In this document: positions 11,144-19,991 of the stretch, piece by piece | Numbering within the stretch: position 1 is the stretch's first letter | How the letters are laid out: each line of letters begins with the position of its first letter | Source: an uncultured cyanobacterium | GTDB taxonomy: Bacteria; Cyanobacteriota; Cyanobacteriia; Cyanobacteriales; Microcystaceae | DNA: 50,580 nt | Assembly (NCBI GenBank): GCA_963807635.1 | Contig: CAWEDJ010000065.1 | Coordinates: forward strand, 1 to 50,580 | Direction: 5' to 3' | Made by a program: the position numbers and the translations under genes | Notes under the pieces: generated by a model | Databases searched by the model: none | Seen by the model: the letters and a program-made list of their open reading frames with translations, nothing else | Told to the model about the DNA's origin: nothing

Positions 11144-12793
11144 GGGCTTGCTGAAAAAGTCAAAAAACAGGAAGAGGGGATTAATTTATGAATTTAAGGC
11201 GAGTAAAACATAAGGGTTAAATGAATTGTCAACACAAAGCATAAGCTGGGCTAATAAGAGGGCAGAAAAATAAGCTCTTCTTCCGAAAAAGACAAAAAAA
11301 ACGTAAAACCTGCCGAAGCAGGGCAAAAAGATTGATGACTAAAAAGGTGATAGCAATAGCGGTTTCAGAGGTATCAGGAAGTTTTGTCATAACTCGATTG
11401 AGGCTAAATCGTCTCTTTGCTTGACCAAATTTGCCTTCAATAGCATTACGGTCTCTTTCATCTTGAAGAGCTTCTTTCTTTTTTTCTGGACTAATATTTG
11501 TGGGTCGTCTTCCCAAGGGTGGGCCACTCAATCGAATTCCCTTCTCCTTACAAAAAGCGCGATTTTCCCTTGTGCGATAGATTGCATCAGCATGAACAGA
11601 CTGGGGATAGTAGCCTGTCTCACGTTTAAACTCTTCTATTTGTCCTTTGAAGTCGCCTGATTCATTATAATTATCCCAACTTAATCGGTATAAATAAAGA
11701 TATCCATTCACATAACTTGCTGATAGTTTTGCACCAAACTCTACTGGCGTTCCCGCTTTTCCTCTAACAATGGGACGAACATGAGGTTGAGTCAAACTCA
11801 CAATTCTATTTTCTACCTTATTTTCTTTATTTTCATACATTCCTACTTGTTGCTCATAGGCTTTTTGTATTATCGACAGTATCTTTTCGTCTTTTTTACT
11901 TAATTTTGCGACCTCTTTATCTTCTCTTAATTTTTCTATATGGGAAAGGTTTCTTTTGATATATTGGATTTGTTTTTTTATGCCCTTTCTCCTTTCTTTT
12001 CTCGACGGACGGCGTTTTTTTGACAATTTTAAGTAATCTTTTCTGGCTCTTATTCTATAGGTTCTTGGTTTTTTTCCTTTTTTTTTAGTTTTTTTATACA
12101 AGTTGTCTATTATTTTTTCGGTTTTTTCTCTTGCCTCATTCAAGATTCCTATATCTGTTGGATATTTGATGTCTGCTGGTGCACAGGTTGCATCTATTAA
12201 TAGCTTTCCTCTATTCTGATTTTCCCCTTCACTTTTTTCTTTTACTTCTGATAATATTTCTTCTTCTTTTTTTACCATTGCTTTATTTATTTGATTCACC
12301 AAGTCCATTCCTATTCTTTGACGGAAATGTACTAACAGTGACGCATCAAATGCCTCCTCATTTTCATATACTTCTAGTCCTATAAAATATTGTAAGTAAG
12401 GGTTTTCTTTTATTTGTTCTACTGTTTCTCGGTCACTTATTCTCAATATTTCTTTTATTATTAATGACCCTAATGCCATCCTAAATGGTTTGGCTGTCGC
12501 TCCTTTATTTTCTGAAAATTGTTTTGCATATTCTTCTTCAAATTCCTCCCACGGAATTATTTTTGACATGATTACCCAACGATTTTCTTCTTTTGGCTTC
12601 CACTCACTTGGTATTTTGAAGTTTTCAACAGTCGATTTTTCGGATTCTTTTTTGGGGTACATCGTTCAATGCTCTGGAAGGGGAGGGGTGCAAGCCTTTT
12701 CACTCATTTTAGACCTTTTTTTTGCACTTTTTTTGCTCTCTAAATCCCCTCATCTCTTTTCTTATAAGGCTTTCAGCTTTTTTCAGCAAGCTC
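11144..12793 (-). mobile_element. IS5-family insertion sequence (1650 bp)
   Basis: Terminal IRs G(G/A)GCTTGCTGAAAAA; TAATTA duplicated at 11138-11143 and 12794-12799. Confidence 0.9.
11229..12662 (-). CDS. IS5-family DDE transposase
   Basis: 477 aa; NRW..IPW, ENPYLQYFIG, LIDAT, EFGAK, ADAIY, RNAIEGKFG. Confidence 0.92.
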   Translation of the reverse strand: MYPKKESEKSTVENFKIPSEWKPKEENRWVIMSKIIPWEEFEEEYAKQFSENKGATAKPFRMALGSLIIKEILRISDRETVEQIKENPYLQYFIGLEVYENEEAFDASLLVHFRQRIGMDLVNQINKAMVKKEEEILSEVKEKSEGENQNRGKLLIDATCAPADIKYPTDIGILNEAREKTEKIIDNLYKKTKKKGKKPRTYRIRARKDYLKLSKKRRPSRKERRKGIKKQIQYIKRNLSHIEKLREDKEVAKLSKKDEKILSIIQKAYEQQVGMYENKENKVENRIVSLTQPHVRPIVRGKAGTPVEFGAKLSASYVNGYLYLYRLSWDNYNESGDFKGQIEEFKRETGYYPQSVHADAIYRTRENRAFCKEKGIRLSGPPLGRRPTNISPEKKKEALQDERDRNAIEGKFGQAKRRFSLNRVMTKLPDTSETAIAITFLVINLFALLRQVLRFFCLFRKKSLFFCPLISPAYALC

Positions 12794-13009
12794 TAATTAA
12801 AAATCCCCAGGAAAATTGTCTTTACTATGCGGCCTCAGAAGGTCGTTATCGGGGATTAGTGCGGATTGAAACCTTACAAAAGATTGAGCGCAGTGAGTGG
12901 GACTGGTTGACTCTCAAGGATATTGCCCAACCCCTCACGGAAATTCCTTCTGTTTCTGAAAAAACGCCTCTCGTCACCGTTGTCGATTTGTTAGAAAAAA
13001 ATTCCTTCG

Positions 13010-13038
13010 GCGATCACGAAGCAGGACTGTGCGATCGC
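13010..13038. repeat. tandem HIP1 pair with 21-nt period (SDR5-like micro-insertion), in frame within the CBS region
   Basis: GCGATCAC-GAAGCAGGACTGT-GCGATCGC. Confidence 0.6.
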
Positions 13039-13257
13039 ATTTTGACGGTTTTATCTCCTGCGGGAGCCGTTGCGGGAGTGATTGATCGGGGAGATATTAT
13101 CAAAGTTTTGGCCCTGAAACACAAATTCCCCATTCCCGACACCGAAATTCAACGAATCAAAACCGAAGGAACCTATCCTCCGTTTTTACCTTTGGCGACT
13201 CTGATCAAAAACCTTAATCCCAAATAGCGATCGCATTTTTTGTTTTTGAGTAGATAG

Positions 13258-13852
13258 CTAAATCGGCGATCGCTGGAGGTTATCAAGAAATTCTCGTAAT
13301 TTTCTAAAAGATGGACAGCGTTGAGAACAAAGGTCTAAATCCAGCATTTTGGCTAACCTAGCATTGTCATTCGGATTATAACGAGGACGTTGTTTCTTGT
13401 CGCAAGATAGCTTTATTAATTTTTCTTTAGGTTTAACAATTGACTGAGGATTGGGATGAGCTTTTGCTTTTTGACCTCCGAGATTTTGAATAACAGTCGG
13501 ATCGGACCAAAACCAAGCTTCTAATTCTTCGATAGGAATACAGATATATTTTTCCAGATTTTTAAATTGAGAAATCAAATTTTCTAACGTTGTTTGTAAT
13601 TCTTTTTCATCATTAAGAGAACCATTTTGGGGATTACGATCCAAATCATGAACAATAATAAAGACATTACAGCCTTCGCTTGATAAAGTAATTATTCTCC
13701 TTACAAGTTCTTTCTTTAAATTACCAGAACCTTTTGCTCCCCAAGGCTTAATCTTAGTGTTGTATCCTAATTTGCTGCGATATATGATTTCGCTAACTGC
13801 CTCACAGTCAGTATCATGTTCACCAATTAAACCAATTTTGATCTCTAGTCAT
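13258..13852 (-). CDS. TOPRIM-like protein, DUF4276-type (~197 aa; start codon out of frame)
   Basis: Frame is open from ~13848: IKIGLIGEHDTD...FIIVHDLD...PIEELEAWF...CPSF. ATG at 13852 overlaps the ATPase stop. Confidence 0.75.
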
Positions 13853-15038
13853 CGAGAATACCACTATAAACCAAGTCTCCTAAGCTTCCTTCCTCATTGA
13901 GATAAGCGACAACACTTTTCATTTCGTCGTCCCCCAATTTTCGCACAAAAGTTTGGCTATTTTGCCGATAAACTAGATTGATTTTATCAGGTTGAGTCCA
14001 GGAAACTACTTGAGGAGAATGGGTGGATAGAATTAAATTTTGTCCATAGGTATAAGATTGAATTTCATTAAGTAATTTTTCTAACATTCCTGGATGAATT
14101 TGAGTTTCAGGTTCTTCAATCATAAGCGTAGAAGTTGGATTAGATTTAAGAAGATCTACGAGAATAGATAAAATCCGAAGTGTTCCATCAGAAAGCAAGC
14201 CAATATTAACACTATCTAATAATATTTCTACAATATATTCATTCTCTTCATCACGAACAAATTTTTCTTCAGTTATTCTATTTCCAAGTCCAATACGTTG
14301 ACAAATCTTTTCTAATTCATCAATTTCTTCTCTGTTCATACGACGTATTAAAATTGTTAGCCAATCTGTAAACTCCCATAATTCAGGCATTAGAATGCGA
14401 TGAGTGGGTATATTTAATAAAGCAAGACGACGTTCTGTGTTACGGCGAATTGCTCGTGTTCCAAGAAGACGAACGCCATTTAAAACAAGACGAATCCACC
14501 TCATTTCATCGGGTAATTCTAACTTTAAACTTTCTGGAAAATGCAATCGTTGAAGTGAGCTAATATTACCAAGAATGGCGACACGAGGTTCTTTTGTATT
14601 ATGGAAAGTTGTTACTCCACTTTTTGTTGTCCATATAAGTTCTCTTTCTTGATCAATATATTGACAACTTTCATTCCATGAAAATTGTTGTTCTTCGGAA
14701 CTATCATCTATAAAGTTATTGTTGTAAAGTTCATCAGCAGAAGGCGGAAATCCTATTAATTCATACTTATATTCAATTCGACGAGAAGTTGGAGTTGAAA
14801 TTTCGATAATTAATTTTATTGGAATGGCTTCATCCTCAATTGGTCGAATTGAGCTACTTCCTCCCATCGCAAAGGATGAAATTGCTTTAAATCCCTCAAG
14901 AATGGCTGATTTTCCTGCTCCATTTCTACCGACTAAAACGGCAACACCATCATTCAAAGAAATCGTTACTGGCCCACCTAAAACAGGCCAACCATCGAGC
15001 GTAAAGGATAAAAGACGTGGTGGATTTGAGTCGGACAT
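13845..15038 (-). CDS. ABC/SMC-type ATPase (AAA_15/AAA_21-like)
   Basis: Walker A GRNGAGKS, signature LSDGT, Walker B LMIEEPE, IHP, H-loop STHS; no TM segments. Confidence 0.9.
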   Translation of the reverse strand: MSDSNPPRLLSFTLDGWPVLGGPVTISLNDGVAVLVGRNGAGKSAILEGFKAISSFAMGGSSSIRPIEDEAIPIKLIIEISTPTSRRIEYKYELIGFPPSADELYNNNFIDDSSEEQQFSWNESCQYIDQERELIWTTKSGVTTFHNTKEPRVAILGNISSLQRLHFPESLKLELPDEMRWIRLVLNGVRLLGTRAIRRNTERRLALLNIPTHRILMPELWEFTDWLTILIRRMNREEIDELEKICQRIGLGNRITEEKFVRDEENEYIVEILLDSVNIGLLSDGTLRILSILVDLLKSNPTSTLMIEEPETQIHPGMLEKLLNEIQSYTYGQNLILSTHSPQVVSWTQPDKINLVYRQNSQTFVRKLGDDEMKSVVAYLNEEGSLGDLVYSGILDD

Positions 15039-15114
15039 AAATTTTTTGCCATACTGAGCCTATGGAATTAATTCTAACCGATAGTAGCTTTGCCCTTTTC
15101 AAAATATTCACAAC

Positions 15115-15134
15115 AAAAAAGGGGCCGAAGCCCC
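15115..15134 (-). terminator. intrinsic terminator downstream of apcF
   Basis: Minus strand reads GGGGC-TTCG-GCCCC-TTTTTT. Confidence 0.85.
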
Positions 15135-15241
15135 AAGTTAAAGTTAGTGCGTCCATAAATTAAAAATGAAAAAAAGAGAGATCCAACAAAATCTTGCCAA
15201 ATCTCTCCTTAACTTCAATTATCTAAACTGAATTTTTGTTG

Positions 15242-15751
15242 TTAAACTGAAATTTCACTGACTTCACGAGTCATGTGATCAAAGGGCGCGTCAATAAAAG
15301 CCGTATTGCTTAAACCCGCTTCATTGGCCATTTCTTTAATAATATCTTTCATAATTTGGATACCACGTACCGTTGGGCCGATGGGAACACCTAAAGAGTT
15401 ATAGGTTTCTCGTAATCCGTATAAAACTCTTTCATCTAAAACATTGTTATCCCCTGCAACCAACGCATAGGTAGCATAACGGAGATAATAGTCCATATCC
15501 CGTAAACACGCCGAAAAACGACGGGTTGTATAGGCATTCCCACTAGGACGAATGAGTTCGGGAACTTCTTCAAATAATAAAGCGGCTGCTTTTTTGACAA
15601 TATCGGATGAACTGGTATTAATCAGACTGGCGGCGGCGATACGGGCTGAACCAGAGTCAAAGTAAGCTTTGAGTTCGTCCATCGCGTTTCGGTCTAGATA
15701 TCGGCCAGTAACATCATAGTTTTTAATTAAGGTCGTAACCGCGTCTCTCAT
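15242..15751 (-). CDS. apcF: allophycocyanin beta-18 subunit
   Basis: 169 aa; MRDAVTTLIKNYDVTGRYLD, GNAYTTRRFSACLRDMDYYLRY; monocistronic. Confidence 0.95.
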   Translation of the reverse strand: MRDAVTTLIKNYDVTGRYLDRNAMDELKAYFDSGSARIAAASLINTSSSDIVKKAAALLFEEVPELIRPSGNAYTTRRFSACLRDMDYYLRYATYALVAGDNNVLDERVLYGLRETYNSLGVPIGPTVRGIQIMKDIIKEMANEAGLSNTAFIDAPFDHMTREVSEISV

Positions 15752-15920
15752 TAAATTGTTCTCCTAACAGCAGTTTGGGTGTGGCTTACCCAGAAGCCGA
15801 ATTTTTTAGTTTATCTAATATCATCATTTCCGAGTGAACACAAGTCAAGTCCCCTCAATCTATACGACACAAATCTATAGGTATTCTTTCTCTGTTGTTT
15901 TGGGGGCTAAGGGAAAAAAC

Positions 15921-15949
15921 GCGATCGCCTAGCAACACTGCGCGATCGC
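15921..15949. repeat. tandem HIP1 pair with 21-nt period (SDR5-like), intergenic
   Basis: GCGATCGC-CTAGCAACACTGC-GCGATCGC. Confidence 0.65.
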
Positions 15950-16032
15950 GGTTTTCTAGAACCTTGAATCAAGTGGGGAATCCTGGTGTATGTTAGTTAA
16001 TTAAGAGTTTAACGGTTGATTCTCCTTCTCTC

Positions 16033-17474
16033 TTGCGTGAGGCCTCTGTGACCGTCAACAAAAAATCCGTCCGTACTTCCTCTAGACCCTCTGCCAGGAA
16101 AAACCCCCGAAAGAACAAAAAAGGGCATCGGGCAAGATGGCTCTGGATTAGTTTGGCTCTCACTGTGATCGCGGGTATTTCAGCCGTAGGAGGCGCATTA
16201 TTAGCCTTTTCCCTGGCCTCTGTCCCCCTCAGACAAGCCAAGCTTACTCCCGCCCAAGCGGCTGTTTTTGGCAAAGAAGAAACGATTTCCTATAAAAACC
16301 TCAATATTCCCCAACTGAGTCGCCCCGTCAATATTCTGGTTTTAGGCACAAAAGTTTTAACGTCCGATGTGCAAAGTAAACCTAAGGAAAATGAAAGTTA
16401 TTTTTCCCTCGTCAATTCGGTCAGTGGACTAAGCGACACCATGATGTTAGTCCGTCTCGACCCGATCCAAAACAAACTTTCGGTTTTATCCATTCCCCGC
16501 GATACCCAAGCCGAAATCAGAGATCACGGTCTGAGAAAAATTAACGAAGCCAATGCCCTGGGTGGGCCGTCTTTGGCCGCAGAAAGCACTAGTCATTTAT
16601 TGGGAGATGTTCCCATTGATCGCTATATTCGAGTTAATGTCCAAGCTGTTGAAAAATTAGTGGATGCCCTGGGCGGCGTGACCGTTTATGTCCCCAAAGA
16701 CATGAAATATCAAGATGATAGCCAACATCTGTATATCGATCTTAAGGAAAGGCCCAACAACACCTCGACGGGAATAAAACCCTGCAATTACTCCGTTTTA
16801 GAAAGGATAATTTAGGGGATATTGGACGGATACAACGCCAACAGGTGCTTACCAGGGCTTTGGTTGAACAAGCATTAAAACCCCAAACCTTACTCAAAAT
16901 TCCTGATATTCTCTCTATTTTACAGGCTTATATAGATACCAATTTGACGACTGAGGAGTTATTTGCGATCGCGGGATTAGCGGACCAGACCAAGCGCAAC
17001 GATGTACAGATGTTAATGTTGCCTGGAGATTTCAGTAGTAACGGTAGGCGAGAAGTTAGCTATTGGTTGCCGAATCAAAGAAAAATCCAAACCCTAATGT
17101 CCCAATATTTCGGTCATGCCACAGAATCCAGCAGCTTAGACGGAGAAGAATTGCGGTCTGAATCAACATCCCCCGATCCCATGAAAATCCGCATCGCCAT
17201 TCAGGATGGATGTGATAATCCCGAAGCGGTACAAGCTTTAGTTCGTCATTTGAATAAATTGGGCTACAGCAGGGTTTTAGTGGCGAGTAACTGGCGTGAA
17301 CCCCTCCAATCAACCCGCATTGTTGCCCAGAATGGGGATGCCTTGGGCGCGGCCAATGTTCGAGCTAATTTAGGTTTTGGGGAAATCTTAGTCGAGAGTA
17401 CGGGCTATCTTGTGTCCGATGTTACAATTCAACTCGGTAAAGATTGGCAAAAAACAGTGATGTTTCAACAGTAA
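16033..17474 (+). CDS. LCP (LytR-CpsA-Psr) family protein with LytR C-terminal domain (indel near 16750)
   Basis: NILVLG, SDTMMLV, LSIPRDT, VDALGGV; second frame LRFR.D..GDIGRIQRQQ; C-terminal SDVTIQLGKDW. Confidence 0.88.
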
Positions 17475-17649
17475 GGGATGGAATCCTACCATTGGGAATG
17501 AGGACTTTTATGAAAATTGATTTGATAGCTCGATTTTATAAATTTACCGCTATGATTGATGGGTAATTCACACTCTGCTACTAAGAGACTGTTCAAGCTA
17601 AAATTGATTTAAGAGCCTTCTATTGTGATCTAAATTATTTAAAATAACT

Positions 17650-18285
17650 ATGACTTCCTATACCTCCGCCACCGCTAGAGCCGAAATGAGTGAACTGCGG
17701 CGACTCAAAAGTTTATTACCACCAGAATTGCAAAGTTGGGTAATGGTGGAAGGAACAACGGAGATTAACCCGCCCCTCCTCCGTTCTGAAGAATTGGGTA
17801 GAGATGAAATTGAAATTCAGATTGACCTGACGAAGTGGGAAAATTTGGCGATCGATCAGCGCAATCTTTTGTTTTGGCATGAAGTTGCTCGTATACAAAA
17901 TGACACCATTCCCCGTGAAGGTTGGGAAATGGCCGCTTTGGCGATCGGTTTAGGGGGAGCAGTGGGAGAACTCTGGGTTCAAGATGGTCTCTTGCTTTTA
18001 CTCGCGCTCTCTCTCTGTGGGATTTCTGGGTATCGCCTCTGGCAAAAAAATAATGGTGATAAAAAACTTAAGGAAGCGATTGAAGCCGACGAAAAGGCGA
18101 TCGCTCTAGCCACCCGTTTTGGTTATACTTTGCCCAACGCCTACAAAAGTTTGGGGAGTGCCTTTAAGACCTTAATTGAACAAACGCCAAACCGTCGTCA
18201 ACGTAAATATTACGAATCTCGATTACAGGCCCTCAGACAAAATGCGGCGAAAGCGAAAGCTAAAACCAAGCAGACCATCTCATAA
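17650..18285 (+). CDS. conserved cyanobacterial protein (DUF3318-like)
   Basis: MTSYTSATARAEMSELRRL, LLFWHEVARIQ, central TMs. Confidence 0.75.
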   Translation: MTSYTSATARAEMSELRRLKSLLPPELQSWVMVEGTTEINPPLLRSEELGRDEIEIQIDLTKWENLAIDQRNLLFWHEVARIQNDTIPREGWEMAALAIGLGGAVGELWVQDGLLLLLALSLCGISGYRLWQKNNGDKKLKEAIEADEKAIALATRFGYTLPNAYKSLGSAFKTLIEQTPNRRQRKYYESRLQALRQNAAKAKAKTKQTIS

Positions 18286-18455
18286 AATCATGATAGCGAT
18301 ATTCACCCCAGTGAAGTATGGTCAAAGCTTGATGAACAGGAAACTTTAACCCCTTGCCCATACCTCATCGGACTGCATAGCGCAATAATGACCCGCTTAA
18401 TAATATTTTTGAATTACTACATTGTCTAGGACTGTTATGAATAAAAATAATTGAA

Positions 18456-19474
18456 ATGTCAAACTTAGATTTCCCTATCGAATTGATTAATTGTTCCTCC
18501 ACTATTTTTATTCCTAAACGGTTATCTGTTTTAGAAGCCGTTAGATTTAAGGAAATTACTGACAGAATCCTTGCTGAAAATATTGATTTAAAAGAAATCA
18601 TCCTGGACTTTAATCAAACTCAATTTATTGACAGTAGTGGAATTGGTTCATTGGTTTATGTTTTTAAAGTCACTCAATCCAGAAAAATTAGTTTTATTCT
18701 TTTAAAAATCAATCCTACCATCATGTCCGTATTGACGATGACGGGATTAGACCAGGTTTTTACGATTGTTTCCGATTTAAAGGAAACTCGCTCTGTCCCA
18801 GATTCCAATAATTCCAATATTAGGTATAAATCTCGATCATCTGCCTCTGAACTACCACCCCAGACCCATCCCTCTATCCGCTCCTACTTCAAACGATTTT
18901 TGGATATTATCGGCAGTTTAGTGGGGTTAGGAATCACAGGACTCTTATTTATTCCCATTGCGATCGCGATTCAATTAGATGATCCTCGGGCAGTTTCTTC
19001 CGACAAACTCGCTGTGGCTGGCTAGGTAAACGATTTAAAATGATTAAATTTCGTTCCATGTATACCAACGCAGAAGCCTTAAAAAATCAAGTCGTAAACG
19101 AAGCAGAAGGAGCTTTTTTTAAAAATAAAAATGATCCTCGTATTACGAAAGTCGGTAAATTTTTGCGTCGCACGAGTTTAGATGAATTGCCCCAATTTTG
19201 GAATGTCTTAAAAGGAGAAATGAGTTTAGTCGGAACCCGTCCTCCCACCCCCGATGAAGTGGAAAATTATGAAGTTCCTGCTTGGCAACGTCTGGATGTT
19301 AAGCCTGGGATGACGGGGGAATGGCAAGTGAATGGACGTTCGAGTGTAAAAAGCTTTGAAGATGTCATCAAGCTAGATTTACGTTATCAGAGTAATTGGA
19401 GTCATTGGTATGATCTTCAACTAATTTGGAAAACAATTTTGATTATTTTCACAAAAAATAATGGTGCTTCCTAA
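18456..19474 (+). CDS. STAS (anti-sigma antagonist)-bacterial sugar transferase (PGT) fusion (indel near 18990)
   Basis: STAS motif LDF...FIDSSGIGSL; PGT motifs KRFLDIIGS, KFRSM, DPRIT..G.FLRRTSLDELPQFWNVLKGEMSLVG.RP, KPGMTG. Confidence 0.88.
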
Positions 19475-19949
19475 ACACAAATTTGAACGGGCAAAAGGCA
19501 AATTGCTAAGACAATTCTATCTATCGATGGAATCGGATTTAGCTGGTCTGCAGAAAATTATTCCTTGGTTTGAATATAATTGCGGGGAGCTACTGAGTCA
19601 GGGGATTTTTCTACCGATGCAAATTATCCTCATTGAAGGATTTACGAATGCGGTTAAATATGCCCATCTAAATTTACCAAGAGAAACTCCGATTGAGGTA
19701 TTTGTGGATATTTTTGAAAACCTGATAGAGATACGAATTTGGGATTATGGGTTAACTTTTAATTTAGAAGAACAACTCCAATTAGAAATCAAGATGAATG
19801 CTGAAGATTCGATCAAACGTGAAAGCCATCGGGGTTTATTGTTAATGAATTCTTTGACCGATGAATTAAGTTATATTCGTGAAAATGAAGTCAAAAATTG
19901 TTTGATTATGCGGAGAAAAATCACTCGTGATCTAGACCTATTGTTTTGA
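19461..19949 (+). CDS. RsbW/SpoIIAB-like anti-sigma factor / Ser kinase (HATPase_c_2)
   Basis: EGFTNAVKYAH, IRIWDYG, RGLLLM..LTDELSY, NCLIM; overlaps the upstream gene by 14 nt. Confidence 0.85.
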   Translation: MVLPKHKFERAKGKLLRQFYLSMESDLAGLQKIIPWFEYNCGELLSQGIFLPMQIILIEGFTNAVKYAHLNLPRETPIEVFVDIFENLIEIRIWDYGLTFNLEEQLQLEIKMNAEDSIKRESHRGLLLMNSLTDELSYIRENEVKNCLIMRRKITRDLDLLF

Positions 19950-19991
19950 ATTATTGACTTAAATTTTGACTTCATTTTTTGACATTGGAAT

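Larger units (their letters stand above)
10330..13227 (+). pseudogene. site-2 protease (M50) with CBS domains, interrupted by an IS5-family element
   Basis: HELGH and NLIPGLPLDGG motifs. Removing 11144..12799 rejoins the frame as DTYII-KNPQENCLYY, giving ~413 aa. Confidence 0.9.

Noticed and set aside
12490..13227. 245-aa ORF as an independent gene
   Set aside because: It is IS antisense sequence running into the 3' half of the interrupted protease gene.
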